Shown here piece by piece: positions 9,388 through 21,763 of a stretch of DNA of 64,000 nt. The notes under the pieces are model-generated. The model saw only the letters and a program-made list of their open reading frames with translations, searched no databases and was not told the origin of the DNA. A program made the position numbers and the translations under genes. The stretch's first letter is position 1, and every line of letters begins with the position of its first letter. Origin of the DNA: Gemmatimonadaceae bacterium (GTDB lineage Bacteria > Gemmatimonadota > Gemmatimonadetes > Gemmatimonadales > Gemmatimonadaceae); the NCBI GenBank assembly GCA_040902005.1, contig JBBDYA010000100.1:25442-89441 (forward strand), written 5' to 3'.

Positions 9388-12300
9388 TCAGTCCGGGGCA
9401 AGCATGGTGAGCGCGCGAACCAGTCCATCGAGTATGGGGACGCCGCCGAGCCGCGTGAGCTTCAGCGACAGCGGGTGCGCCCGGCGAACCTCCGCCTGGA
9501 ATTGCACCTCGTGAAATGCGGCTGACAACCCCTTCATCCGGGGCGCCGCGGTGTCGCGGAAGTTAACACGCGCTTCATTGCCGCGCACCAGCACGCTCTC
9601 GACGTCGAGGCGTCCCCCGAGCAGGCGCAGCTGGGCCACGGCCAGCATCGCTTCCGCCTGCGCCGGGAGCGGTCCAAACCGGTCGCGAATCTCGTGGCGA
9701 AGCTCCACAATCGCCGCCGCCTCCGTCACGCGCGAGAGCCGCCGGTAGACGTCCAGCTTCGCTTCGTGCGACGGGACGTATTCCTCCGGCAGGACACTCG
9801 GCGTGTCCACCGACACTTCAGCTGGCACGAGTGTCGGCCCACCCTCCCCCCGCGTGATGTTCCGGACGGTGTCCTCCAGCAGCCGGAGATACAGGTCGAA
9901 CCCGACGGCCTGCACGAATCCCGACTGCTCGGGGCCCAGGAGGTTGCCCGCGCCGCGCAGTTCCATGTCCTTGAGCGCGATGCGATAGCCGGCGCCCAGC
10001 TCCGTGTGGTGCTCCAGGACGCGCAGCCGGCGTTCCGCGTCGTCGTCGAGCTGGTCGGGCACGATGAGGTAGCAGTACGCGCGGCGGTGCGACCGGCCGA
10101 CCCGCCCGCGCAACTGGTACAGCTGGGCAAGGCCGAAGTGGTCGGCGCGATTGACGAACATCGTATTCGCGTTCGGCACGTCCAGTCCCGATTCGACGAT
10201 CATCGTGGACACGAGCACCTCCACCTCGCCGCTCACGAACCGATGCATGATGTCCTCGAGATCCCGCTCCCGCATCTGGCCGTGCGCCACGGCGATGTTC
10301 GCGCGGGGCACCAGCCGCTGGAGGTGGTCCGCCATGGCCTGGATGGTCTCGATCCGGTTGTGCACGAAGAACACCTGGCCGCCCCGATCCAGCTCGCGCG
10401 TGATGCCCTCCTCGAACAGGCCGTCATCCGACGGCTCGACGTAGGTGAGGACGGGCGACCGGTCGCGCGGCGCCGTCTGCATCAGCGTCATGTCCCGCAA
10501 TCCCGCGAGCGACATGTGCAGCGTGCGGGGAATGGGCGTGGCCGTCAGCGTAAGCACGTCCGTCTCCAGCCGAAGCTGCTTGAGCCGCTCCTTGTGCTTC
10601 ACGCCGAACCGGTGCTCCTCGTCCACCACGATCAGTCCCAGCCGCTTGAACGTCACGTCGGGGCTGAGCAACCGGTGGGTGCCGATCACGATGTCCAGGT
10701 TCCCCGCCGCCAGGTCGGCCAGCACGACCGCCTGCTGCTTGGGCGTCTGGAACCGGCTGAGCATCGCCACCTTGATCGGAAAATCGGCGAGGCGCTCGCC
10801 GAACGTGCGCGCGTGCTGGTCGGCCAGGATGGTGGTGGGCACGAGGATCGCGACCTGGCGCTCCGACTGCACCGCCTTGAACGCCGCGCGCACCGCGATC
10901 TCGGTCTTGCCGTAGCCCACGTCGCCGACCAGCAGGCGATCCATCGGCCGGCCGCCTTCCATGTCCTGCTTCACGTCCGTCGTCGCCTTCCGCTGGTCCG
11001 GCGTGTCCTCGAAGAGGAACGAGGATTCGAGCTGCGCCTGCCAGGGGGTATCGGGCACGTGCGGCGGCCGGCTCGCGACCTTGCGGCGGGCGTACAGGTC
11101 CAGCAGCTCCACGGTCATTTCGCGAATCGCGCTGCGCGCCTTGTCGCGCTGCTGCGTCCACCGTTTTCCGCCCAGCCGGTGCAGCCGTGGCGGCGGGCTG
11201 TCGGATGACACGTCGCCGGCCGCGCGGTAGCGCTCAAGCTGGTCGATGCGATACAGCGGGACGTTCAGCCGGTCGCCCCCTTCGTACTCGATGACGGCCA
11301 CTTCCACGGTGCTGTCCGCCACCACGAGCGTCTCGATCCCGCGGTACATGCCGACGCCGTGCTCCAGATGCACCACGTAGTCGCCCTCGCGGAGCGAGAG
11401 CGTCTCCACGCCGATGCCGCTCGTGTATCGTCGCGCGCGACGGATCCGGCGCTCGCGGCGAAAGATCTCGTGGTCCGTCAGCACGCGCAGCCCACCGTCC
11501 GCCGACGGCACGACGAACCCGCCCTGGAGCACGCCGACCGTGAGCGCGGCGGGCGATGGCTGCCCGCCGTCGGCGAGCAGCTCGTCCAGCCGCTCGCACT
11601 GCCCCGCGTTGTCGCACAGGATCACGGTGTGGAACGCATCCCGGACCACCCGCCGCAGTTCCTTGATGTCCCGGCCAATGTGCTCCGGCTCGCGGATAGG
11701 GAACACGAGGTCTGCGCCTTCGGGCGATGCCGTCTCGACGATCGTTCCGAATGCGGCCAGTTGCCGTTGCAGCGCGATCGGCTCCTCGAACAGCTCGTCG
11801 CGGCCGGGCACGTCCTCTCCGCGTCGGCGCGCGAGTTCGATGTGGTGCTCGGCCTCGCCCCAGGTGCGCTCCAGCTCTGCTTCGATCTGCTGCCCTCCCG
11901 GACAAACGAGGAGGGTGTCTGGCGTCCAGAGCGTGACGATGGTGCGGCGCTCGGACTCCAGGCCGTCGTCCTCGACGCTCCCGTCCACGGGCAGCACGAG
12001 CGCCATCGCGACTTCCCGGGTCGAGCGCTGCGTGTTCATGTCGAACTGCCGCAGATCCACGATGTCATCGCCCCAGAATTCGGCGCGCGCCGGATCGGCC
12101 ATCCCGAAGCCGTACACGTCGAGGATGCCGCCGCGCACGCTGAATTGCGCGACGTCCTCCACCACCGGCACGCGCTCCAGCCCGATCCGTTCGAGATGCG
12201 CGATCAGGTCGGCCATCCGGCGGCGGTCGCCCTTGCGCAGTTCCACCCGAAGGTCGCGGAGCGCGCGCGGCATCCGGGTGCGCTCCAGCAGCGCACGCGC

Positions 12301-12666
12301 GGTCGTCACGAGGACCCGCACCTCGCCGCGCATCGTCCGCTCGAGCGTTTCCACACGCTCGCCGGCGATCTCCAGGTGCGGCTCGGCCTCCCCGAATCCC
12401 TCACGCGGCGGATAGAGCGCGACGACGTCTCCTGCCACCAGGGTGCGAAGATCCGCGAGCCATCGTTCCGCGTCGGGCAGCGTGTCCGCTATGATGACGA
12501 GAAACCGGCCCGGCGCACGCCGCGCAAGCGCCGCGATCGCCACAGCGTCGCTCGATCCCGCCAGCCCGGCGATGCGGATGCGCTCTCCCGGCGCGGGAAG
12601 CGTGTTCATCAACCGCGTAAACGCCGGGAGGCGATCGATCGCCTCGAGCAGGAATGGGAGGGCCAC
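9388..12666 (-). CDS. mfd: Transcription-repair coupling factor
   Basis: RGGILD, VVHLEHGVG, GDVGYGKT, DEEH, TATPIPRT, QLRGRVGR, TRCF C-terminus. Confidence 0.98.
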   Translation of the reverse strand: MALPFLLEAIDRLPAFTRLMNTLPAPGERIRIAGLAGSSDAVAIAALARRAPGRFLVIIADTLPDAERWLADLRTLVAGDVVALYPPREGFGEAEPHLEIAGERVETLERTMRGEVRVLVTTARALLERTRMPRALRDLRVELRKGDRRRMADLIAHLERIGLERVPVVEDVAQFSVRGGILDVYGFGMADPARAEFWGDDIVDLRQFDMNTQRSTREVAMALVLPVDGSVEDDGLESERRTIVTLWTPDTLLVCPGGQQIEAELERTWGEAEHHIELARRRGEDVPGRDELFEEPIALQRQLAAFGTIVETASPEGADLVFPIREPEHIGRDIKELRRVVRDAFHTVILCDNAGQCERLDELLADGGQPSPAALTVGVLQGGFVVPSADGGLRVLTDHEIFRRERRIRRARRYTSGIGVETLSLREGDYVVHLEHGVGMYRGIETLVVADSTVEVAVIEYEGGDRLNVPLYRIDQLERYRAAGDVSSDSPPPRLHRLGGKRWTQQRDKARSAIREMTVELLDLYARRKVASRPPHVPDTPWQAQLESSFLFEDTPDQRKATTDVKQDMEGGRPMDRLLVGDVGYGKTEIAVRAAFKAVQSERQVAILVPTTILADQHARTFGERLADFPIKVAMLSRFQTPKQQAVVLADLAAGNLDIVIGTHRLLSPDVTFKRLGLIVVDEEHRFGVKHKERLKQLRLETDVLTLTATPIPRTLHMSLAGLRDMTLMQTAPRDRSPVLTYVEPSDDGLFEEGITRELDRGGQVFFVHNRIETIQAMADHLQRLVPRANIAVAHGQMRERDLEDIMHRFVSGEVEVLVSTMIVESGLDVPNANTMFVNRADHFGLAQLYQLRGRVGRSHRRAYCYLIVPDQLDDDAERRLRVLEHHTELGAGYRIALKDMELRGAGNLLGPEQSGFVQAVGFDLYLRLLEDTVRNITRGEGGPTLVPAEVSVDTPSVLPEEYVPSHEAKLDVYRRLSRVTEAAAIVELRHEIRDRFGPLPAQAEAMLAVAQLRLLGGRLDVESVLVRGNEARVNFRDTAAPRMKGLSAAFHEVQFQAEVRRAHPLSLKLTRLGGVPILDGLVRALTMLAPD

Positions 12667-12669
12667 GGC

Positions 12670-14484
12670 CTATTGGCGGACGCGCGCGCTTGGCGTCGCC
12701 GCCGCCATCTCGACGCCCAGGAGGAGCAGCGCTGCCAGCAGGAGCGGCACGATCAGGGATCGCCGTGACGCGCCCTGAAACGCGAGACGCACCCACGCAT
12801 CGCGGTCGCGCTCCACGGTCACGCCGCCGGACGCGACGCGACGCCTCAGGTCATCCGCGCTCCAGCGCTCCAGGTGAGACTCCTCGATTTCCGGGTTGAC
12901 CACCAACGCGCCCACTCGCCGCGCGCCCTGGATGTAGAAGTACGTTCCCGGCGTGGGGGGCGCGTCGAACGAGGCGCCGGAGAGCGCGGTGCGCCCGCCC
13001 GCCGGGCCTTCCAGCAGGTCTGCGCCAGACGGCCGGGTGACGCGCGCGCCCGGCGCGGCGTGCCACACCCGGCCGGGTTCCGTGTGCAGACGCGACGTGA
13101 GAACGTCCGTGAGCCATGGCAGGAATGCCGCGGAAACCGGCAGCGACGTCATCTCGGGCGCCGCCGGCGATCCGACAAGGACGTACCCGGGTCCGCTCAC
13201 CACCCAGGCGTCGCCGCCGACCCGCGCGAGCGTATCGGCGACGGGAACGCCGTGTGGAACGAGGAGGAACCTGGCGGCAACTGTAACTCCGTCCAGCTGG
13301 GCGCCGCGCGCCACGGCGGCCTCGCGACGCAGCGCCCCGTACCGCCAGGGAATGCCCAGCCGCTCCAGCGCGCGGTTCGCCGCCCCGATCCGGACCGCGT
13401 CCGCCGGCGGAAAGAGCAGCGCGGGAAGGCGCTGGGCTTCATCCGCCGACGCAACAGCGATCCCCGGCCCCCCCCCATCGGTCACGCGCTCGGAGGCGCG
13501 GAGCACCTCGACCGCGTTGCGCGCGAACGATCCCGCGCCCGGCGCAGCCCGCACGGCCGGTGGCGGCCCGATCCAGAGCGCGAAGTGTCGAATGTTGTCC
13601 GCGGGGAGTTCGTCCGGCTCGATCTCGATCGTGCCGCCGGTCCACCCTCGTTCCACCGGCGCCGCGCGAATCACGGCCTCCTCGTTCGGCGCGACGGTAC
13701 CCCGCCCCACCGTCCGCTCGCCAAGCGCCATTCTATAGGAAGTGGAATCGGCACCGAGCACGCGGATGCCGATCGTCCCCCGCGGTGTCCATCGCGCGGG
13801 CCGGGCCTCCGCCAGCGCCACAGCGCGGTTCGGGGGCGCGGACCGATCCGGCGCGTGCACCAGCACCGACAGGCCTGACCGGATCGGCGCGGGCTCGGTC
13901 CATGCGGAGCGTTGCCCATCAGTCAGCACGACCACCTGCCTGGCATCCATACCGCTGGCCTCGACGAGTGCCACCGCGCTCGCGACCGCGTCGCGCAGGT
14001 TCCCGGCGCCGGAGAGTGCGCGGAGGCGCTCCAGCTCCTCGAGCAGCGCCGGCCCCGATCCGCCCCGCACCGCGCCATCGGCGGTCACCAGCCACACCCG
14101 ATCGTCGGCCGTCGCGCTCGCGAGGACGTCGTGCACCATCTGCTTCAACCCATCGAGCAATGGCGTGCCGCCCTCGACCACCGCCGTGCTCAGCGAGTTG
14201 TCGAGAACGATGGCCAGCGCCGTGGGCGCGTGCCCTGCGCCGCCCACGTGTGCCGCCGGCCTCGCCGCAGCCATCGCGATGAGCACCACGGCGAGCACGC
14301 GCAGCACCATCAGCAGCAGGTTCCGCAGGCGCAGCGTGCGGCTGTGGTCGCGCTCCGCGCGGGCCAGATAGCGCGCCGCGGGGAATTCCACCTGCACGCC
14401 GATTCGGCGCCGCAGCAGGTGAATCAACAGCGGCACGAGGGCCGCGCCGCTGAGCAGCAGGAACCACGGTGCGAGGAACGCCAC
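12670..14484 (-). CDS. BatA N-terminal/vWA-domain membrane protein
   Basis: MAFLAPWFLL..PLLIHLL, MIDAS DNSLS, LTDG, C-terminal TM segment. Confidence 0.85.
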   Translation of the reverse strand: MAFLAPWFLLLSGAALVPLLIHLLRRRIGVQVEFPAARYLARAERDHSRTLRLRNLLLMVLRVLAVVLIAMAAARPAAHVGGAGHAPTALAIVLDNSLSTAVVEGGTPLLDGLKQMVHDVLASATADDRVWLVTADGAVRGGSGPALLEELERLRALSGAGNLRDAVASAVALVEASGMDARQVVVLTDGQRSAWTEPAPIRSGLSVLVHAPDRSAPPNRAVALAEARPARWTPRGTIGIRVLGADSTSYRMALGERTVGRGTVAPNEEAVIRAAPVERGWTGGTIEIEPDELPADNIRHFALWIGPPPAVRAAPGAGSFARNAVEVLRASERVTDGGGPGIAVASADEAQRLPALLFPPADAVRIGAANRALERLGIPWRYGALRREAAVARGAQLDGVTVAARFLLVPHGVPVADTLARVGGDAWVVSGPGYVLVGSPAAPEMTSLPVSAAFLPWLTDVLTSRLHTEPGRVWHAAPGARVTRPSGADLLEGPAGGRTALSGASFDAPPTPGTYFYIQGARRVGALVVNPEIEESHLERWSADDLRRRVASGGVTVERDRDAWVRLAFQGASRRSLIVPLLLAALLLLGVEMAAATPSARVRQ

Positions 14485-14487
14485 CGG

Positions 14488-15420
14488 TCAGGGCAGCCGT
14501 TGCCGCGCCGCGAATGCGCGGCGCAACGGCACTCCGAATGGCCGGTCCGTGACGACCGTTTCGTAGCTCACGCCAACGGAGTGCAGCATGGACCGCCACT
14601 CCGCGATGACCTCCTGCACCGTGGCGCGATACGCGCTCCGCACGTCCGCAACGCTCGCGGGCACCTCCAGCCGCGATTCGGGATCCACGAAGAGCGCTTC
14701 GCCCGTGCCGCCCAGGTGCTGCTCGGCTGGATCCATCACGTGGAGCACCGCCACGTCGTGGCCCATGGCGCGCAGTCCGCGCATGGTTCGCTCCACTGCA
14801 TCGGGCTCCATGAGGAGATCGGACACCAGCACGATCAGGCCGCGCCGGCTGATGAGCCGGGCCGCCTGCTCCAGGGCCTCCGGCGCGCTGGACGCCAGTC
14901 CCGACCCGGGCTCGTGCAGCGCGGCCAGTACGCGACGCCAGTGTCCGGTGCGGGCGCGCGGCGGCACCGCGCTCCGCACCCGCTCGTCGAACCGCACCAG
15001 GCCGACGGCATCGCGCTGGCGCAGGAGCAGCAGCGCGAGCGATGCCGTCAGTATTTCGGCATAGGCGAGCTTGGTGAGGCGCACGGCCTGCGTGCTGCCC
15101 AGCGGGCGCAGCTGAGCGCCGCTCCACGCCATCGAACGACTCACGTCCAGCACGATCGTCGCCCGCAGGTTGGTCTCCTCCTCGTACTGACGCACCACCC
15201 AGCGGTCGGATCGCGCCGCGATCTTCCAGTCCACGAATCGCAGGTCATCGCCGGGCTGGTAGGGGCGATAGTCAGCGAACTCCACCGAGAACCCCTTGCG
15301 GGGCGACCGGTGGAGGCCAGCCATGAAGCCATCCACGATCCAGCGCGCGACAATCTCGACGTGGCCGAGCGCCGCAAGGGAGGCCGGATCGTGCAGGTCG
15401 GCGCGAACGGCGGTGCCCAT
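14488..15420 (-). CDS. DUF58 (MoxR-associated vWA-like) protein
   Basis: GLHRSPRKGFSVEFADYRPYQPGDDLRFVDW, EEETN, DVSRSM. Confidence 0.95.
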   Translation of the reverse strand: MGTAVRADLHDPASLAALGHVEIVARWIVDGFMAGLHRSPRKGFSVEFADYRPYQPGDDLRFVDWKIAARSDRWVVRQYEEETNLRATIVLDVSRSMAWSGAQLRPLGSTQAVRLTKLAYAEILTASLALLLLRQRDAVGLVRFDERVRSAVPPRARTGHWRRVLAALHEPGSGLASSAPEALEQAARLISRRGLIVLVSDLLMEPDAVERTMRGLRAMGHDVAVLHVMDPAEQHLGGTGEALFVDPESRLEVPASVADVRSAYRATVQEVIAEWRSMLHSVGVSYETVVTDRPFGVPLRRAFAARQRLP

Positions 15421-15497
15421 CGGGGCGCAAGCTAGACAACAAACGTTCCCCTGTCACCGACGATTGCCCCTTGCGCGCGCCTGCGGGTGTTCCCAAT

Positions 15498-15507
15498 TTG
15501 TATACAA
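15498..15507. promoter_or_regulatory. Perfect palindrome TTGTATACAA, possible GntR-type operator
   Basis: AT-rich 10-bp palindrome in a divergent intergenic region. Confidence 0.35.
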
Positions 15508-15526
15508 CGGGTTCAGCGAGGCGTAT

Positions 15527-16783
15527 ATGGTCGGCCCACGGTTCTTTGGTCTCTCGGCACTGCTCATGGTGGTGACCGCTGGTGTTCCTGACGTCAGTTC
15601 GGCGCAGGGACCCTTGAAGCCCCGGGCGGGCCCCGGAGCGTCGCTGTACGTCAACTACTCCGGCGGCATGGTCAACCGCCGACTGAGTGCCACCTTCAGT
15701 GTGGATCGGGACGCGTACGTGCTGGTGGGCCACCTTGGCGGCGACGGCACGATCCGGGTGGTCTACCCCGACCGTCCGAACTCACGCGACCGCGTGCAAC
15801 GGGGGACCAGAATCCGGACCGACGCGCTCGAGGCGCATTATGACGGCATCCCCTCCCTGTTCTCGGCCGCGGTGTCCCCCTTCCGGCACTCCGGCGCGTT
15901 GATGGACTCGTACGATGGCCGCGGACATGGCTACCTCTTCATCATCGCGAGTGATCGTCGTCTCGATTACGACCGGATGAGTGATCGCGGTGAATGGCAG
16001 GAGCTCTCCGTGGACAACTTCGCCAATACGTCAGATCCGCGGTGGGCGGTGCGTGACTTCGCCGACCTGCTCGCCGGGAGTGACGGCGGGTACACGCTGC
16101 GATTCGCCAGCAGCTCGCAGTCCCAGTACATGACGTCGCACGCGGCACGGGCGTGGGATTGCTCGATGATGCTCTCGATGGGATACAGCCCGTACGCGTG
16201 GTCCTACTTTCATGGGGGCTTCTCCACCTGGGATCGCTACTACAGCTCGAGCAGCGTCTACGGCCGCGGCTCCTACTGCGGCGAGCAGTCATGGATGGGA
16301 TACGACCGGATGAATCGCTACCGGAGCCGGCCCATCATCGTCATCGCGGAAAACCCTGTGGTACCGGCCACGCCAACCACGCCCACCGTCACACGCGGCG
16401 GCCGCCGCCCGCTCGGCGAGACGCCGGTGCTGTCGCTCGACCGCGGCGCGATGACGCCGGCGGCGGAGCCAGCGCCGAGAGCAACGCTGGCAGCCGTTCC
16501 GCGTCGCGCGCTCGACCGTCGGCGGCCGATCCCCGCGAGTGAAGTCGTGACGCCCCGCCCGACCTCGACGCGCGCCGATCGTGGACGCACCACGGAGCCG
16601 CGCGCGATAGAGGAGCGTTCCACGACCGCCGGACGCGAGACCGAAGAGCAGCCGCGGACGGAGCGCCCGACGCGGACGCAGCCCACTGAACGGCCGGTAT
16701 CCCGGCCAACGGCGCAGCGGGCGACGCCGGCAGCACAGCCGCCGTCGCGACCCGCGTCGAAGCCACGGCCCGATTCCCGCTAG
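15527..16783 (+). CDS. Secreted hypothetical protein (DUF4384-like domain plus Pro/Arg/Thr-rich tail)
   Basis: Signal peptide; FSVDRDAYV..GDGTIRVVYP; G.GYLFIIAS; low-complexity C-terminus. Confidence 0.7.
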   Translation: MVGPRFFGLSALLMVVTAGVPDVSSAQGPLKPRAGPGASLYVNYSGGMVNRRLSATFSVDRDAYVLVGHLGGDGTIRVVYPDRPNSRDRVQRGTRIRTDALEAHYDGIPSLFSAAVSPFRHSGALMDSYDGRGHGYLFIIASDRRLDYDRMSDRGEWQELSVDNFANTSDPRWAVRDFADLLAGSDGGYTLRFASSSQSQYMTSHAARAWDCSMMLSMGYSPYAWSYFHGGFSTWDRYYSSSSVYGRGSYCGEQSWMGYDRMNRYRSRPIIVIAENPVVPATPTTPTVTRGGRRPLGETPVLSLDRGAMTPAAEPAPRATLAAVPRRALDRRRPIPASEVVTPRPTSTRADRGRTTEPRAIEERSTTAGRETEEQPRTERPTRTQPTERPVSRPTAQRATPAAQPPSRPASKPRPDSR

Positions 16784-16800
16784 CGTCTCCGCTCCGACGT

Positions 16801-16832
16801 GAACGGCCGCGTGCGCGAGCACGCGGCCGTTC
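16801..16832. terminator. Perfect 14-bp hairpin with GCGA loop
   Basis: GAACGGCCGCGTGC-GCGA-GCACGCGGCCGTTC just after a stop codon; no strong U-tract. Confidence 0.5.
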
Positions 16833-16910
16833 GTCGTTATGGCGGCGGGATGCCGGCGATCGCGGCTATATTTCGATGCCGCAACCACTTTCACGCTTTT
16901 CGAGACCGCC

Positions 16911-18706
<1,796 letters not shown>

Positions 18707-18710
<4 letters not shown>

Positions 18711-19768
18711 CGCAGCGCTCCGCCGCGGCCTCGCCGCGGACCGGATCCAGGACGAGTTCCCTCGTCATTCAGACGTCGTATCTCGGCGATACAGTCCTGA
18801 CGACGCCACTCATCGCCGAGCTGGCGCGTCGCGGGCCGGTGGACATCGTGACCACCCCGGCCGGGGCGACGCTGCTGCTGAATCACCCGGGCATTCGTGC
18901 CGTGATTCCCTACGACAAGCGCGGGGCGGACCGTGGCGTGGGAGGCTTTCTGCGCGTGGCCGGGCGGCTGCGTGGGTTCAGCTATGAGGCAGCGTATCTC
19001 GCCCAGGGATCCCTGCGCAGCGCTGCGCTGGCGGTGTTCGCCGGCGTCACCCGCCGGGTCGGCTTCGCCACGCACGCCGGGCGCATGCTGTATTCGGAAA
19101 AAGTCGAGTACCGCGAGGACCTGCATCACGCCGCGCGCCTGCTACGACTGGCCAGACCCGGCGAGGTTCCCACCGCGGCGGAGATGCGCCCGCGCCTGTT
19201 TCCAGGCATTTCCGAGCGCGGTGCGGTGGACCGGCTGCTCGCGCTGCACGACCTCCTCGACGATGGTCCTCCGCTCGTGGCGATCGCGCCGGCCAGCGTG
19301 TGGGGCACCAAGCAGTGGCCGTACTACGCCGACCTCGCGCGCGACCTCGCCCCACATGCCCGCCTCGTGATCGTCGGTTCGATGGATGACGCGCCCCTGG
19401 CGAAAGAGGTCGCGGCCGCCGCGGGGGCCGGCGCCTTCAGCGCCGCCGGCGTTCTGACGCTGCTGGGTTCCGCGGAACTCATTCGCCGCAGCAGCGTCCT
19501 CGTCGCCAACGACTCGGCGCCCCAGCACCTGGCGTCGGCGGTCGGAACGCCGACGGTCACCGTCTACGGTCCTACCGTGCCGGCCTTCGGCTTCGGCCCC
19601 CTGGCCGACGCGGCGGCCACCCTCGGCGTCGATACCGCCGTGCTCCCGTGCCGCCCGTGCGACCGGCACGGCCCCAAACGTTGCCCGCTGGGCCATTGGC
19701 GATGCATGCGCGACCTGCCCGCACGTGACGTGGCGGCTCGCGTCCTCGATATTCTCTCAGTCACCTGA
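18707..19768 (+). CDS. waaF: Glycosyltransferase family 9, LPS heptosyltransferase II-like
   Basis: [34 protein letters not shown]...CM; ATGA overlap with lepA. Confidence 0.85.
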
Positions 19769-19779
19769 TCCCGCGATCC

Positions 19780-20784
19780 ATGGCCGGCAAGAGGCGTTCG
19801 CAGTTCGTGATCGGCGTCGACCTGGGCGGTACCAAGATTTCTGCTGGCGCGCTCAGCGACGACGGCACGGTCGCGCACGGCATGCGCAGCATCGCCACCC
19901 AGGCCGAACTCGGCGCGGATGGCGTCGTGGACCGTATCGTGGGCCTGATCGAGGCCGTGATTGAAGACACAACGCAGCAGACCGGTGCGCGTCGCGACGA
20001 CTTCCTGGGTATCGGCATTGGCGCGCCCGGCCCCCTGGACCGCGAAAAAGGGCTGGTGGTGGTCGCACCGAATCTGGGATGGCGCGACTTTCCGCTGCGG
20101 GACCGCATCAGCACGCCGCTGCGCCTGCCCGCCACCCTCGACAACGACGCCAATTGCGCCACCGTGGGCGAATGGTGGCAGGGCGCGGCGCGCGGCGGGC
20201 GCAACGTGGTGGGCATCACGATCGGCACCGGCATCGGTGGCGGCCTGATCATCAACGGCGAGCTGTACCATGGCTCGTCCGACGTTGCCGGGGAGATCGG
20301 CCACACGACCATCGACGTGAACGGGCGGTACTGCAAGTGCGGCAACTATGGCTGCCTGGAGGCGTACGCCTCAGGACCCGCGATCGCGACGCGCGCGCGC
20401 GAGGTCCTCGTGCGCGAGGACACGGCGTCGATGCTGCCCTCGATGGTGGGCGGCCAGCTCGATCGCATCACCGCGGAGACCGTGTACGACGCGGCGAAGC
20501 AGGGGGACGCACTCGCGAACGAGATCGTCCGCGACACCGCGCGGTATCTCGGCGCCGGCATCGCGTCGCTGCTGAACGTCATGAATCCCGACGTGGTCGT
20601 CGTCGCCGGCGGCGTCACGCTGGCCGGCGAGGCGCTCTTCGCCCCGCTCCGCGCCGAGGTGCGGCGTCGCGCGTTCGGATCGGCCGTCCGGGGCGCGCGC
20701 ATCGTGCCGGCGGAATTGCCGGGCACGGCGGGCGTGGTCGGCGCGGTGGCGACGTTCAGGATGAGCCAGTTCGGCAAGCTATGA
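19780..20784 (+). CDS. ROK-family sugar kinase (glucokinase-like)
   Basis: GVDLGGTK, NDAN, GTGIGGG, GEIGH, CKCGNYGCLE. Confidence 0.95.
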   Translation: MAGKRRSQFVIGVDLGGTKISAGALSDDGTVAHGMRSIATQAELGADGVVDRIVGLIEAVIEDTTQQTGARRDDFLGIGIGAPGPLDREKGLVVVAPNLGWRDFPLRDRISTPLRLPATLDNDANCATVGEWWQGAARGGRNVVGITIGTGIGGGLIINGELYHGSSDVAGEIGHTTIDVNGRYCKCGNYGCLEAYASGPAIATRAREVLVREDTASMLPSMVGGQLDRITAETVYDAAKQGDALANEIVRDTARYLGAGIASLLNVMNPDVVVVAGGVTLAGEALFAPLRAEVRRRAFGSAVRGARIVPAELPGTAGVVGAVATFRMSQFGKL

Positions 20785-20791
20785 ATCGCGG

Positions 20792-21763
20792 ATGAAACGC
20801 CTGGGCGTCATCGGCACGTTTGTGTGGGACGTCATTCACGGAAGACAGCCGCATGGCGCGCCGGTGGAGGAATGGGGGGGCATCACCTATTCGCTCGCGG
20901 GCCTCGACGCCGCGCTGCCCGCCGACTGGCAGATTGTCCCGGTCATGAAGGTCGGCGCGGACCTGGCCGATCGCGCGCGACGCCACCTCACCACCCTGCG
21001 GCGAATCGCCCCGCTGCCGGACGGGGCGTTGGTGGAAGTTCCCTTCCCCAACAACCGCGTCGAGCTCCGTTATCACTCGGCGGAGCGGCGCAGCGAGGTG
21101 CTCACGGGCGGCGTTCCCGGCTGGACCTGGGCGGGGCTGAAGCCGCTGATCGAGACCGCGCGTCTGGATGCGCTCTACGTCAATTTCCTGAGCGGCTGGG
21201 AGCTGGACCTGCCTACCGCGCAGTCGCTGCGCTCGCATTTCAGGGGTCCGATCTACGCCGATCTGCACATGCTGGTGATGTCCGTGCGCCCCGACGGACT
21301 GCGCGTACCACGACCCCTCTCGCACGTGCGGGAGTGGTGCGGCTGCTTCGACCTGCTGCAGGCCAACGAGGACGAGATCGGGATGATGGCTCCCGACTCG
21401 ATGGCCCTCGCCGCGACCGCGCTGCACGCGGGCGCGACGTGCCTTGCGGTGACGCTCGGCAGTCGGGGCGCAGTGTACTTCGCCGCGCCGGGCTTCGACT
21501 CCCTCGCGGACCTGCGGGCGCCGACAGCGACGCGGGCGGGGCCGATCCGCACGGCGCTGATTCCCGCCGAACGTGTCGCCGCACCGCTGGACCCCACGGG
21601 CTGTGGCGATGTCTGGGGCGCAACCTATTTCTCCAGACTGCTCGCCGGTGATAAGTTAGGCGAGGCCATCCGGACCGCGCACCGCGCGGCGGCGCGCAAT
21701 GTCGAGCACCGGGGCGCGTCCGGACTGGCAGACCACCTCCGGGGGAAGCTCAGCGTCACGTGA
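20792..21763 (+). CDS. PfkB/ribokinase-family carbohydrate kinase
   Basis: WGGITY, ANEDE, VTLGSRGA, DPTGCGD. Confidence 0.85.
   Translation: MKRLGVIGTFVWDVIHGRQPHGAPVEEWGGITYSLAGLDAALPADWQIVPVMKVGADLADRARRHLTTLRRIAPLPDGALVEVPFPNNRVELRYHSAERRSEVLTGGVPGWTWAGLKPLIETARLDALYVNFLSGWELDLPTAQSLRSHFRGPIYADLHMLVMSVRPDGLRVPRPLSHVREWCGCFDLLQANEDEIGMMAPDSMALAATALHAGATCLAVTLGSRGAVYFAAPGFDSLADLRAPTATRAGPIRTALIPAERVAAPLDPTGCGDVWGATYFSRLLAGDKLGEAIRTAHRAAARNVEHRGASGLADHLRGKLSVT

Noticed and set aside
7945..12768. Long opposite-strand ORFs (e.g. 7945-9525, 9694-11208, 11359-12768), and similar ones across the window
   Set aside because: Shadow ORFs expected from high-GC codon bias opposite well-supported genes; no recognisable motifs
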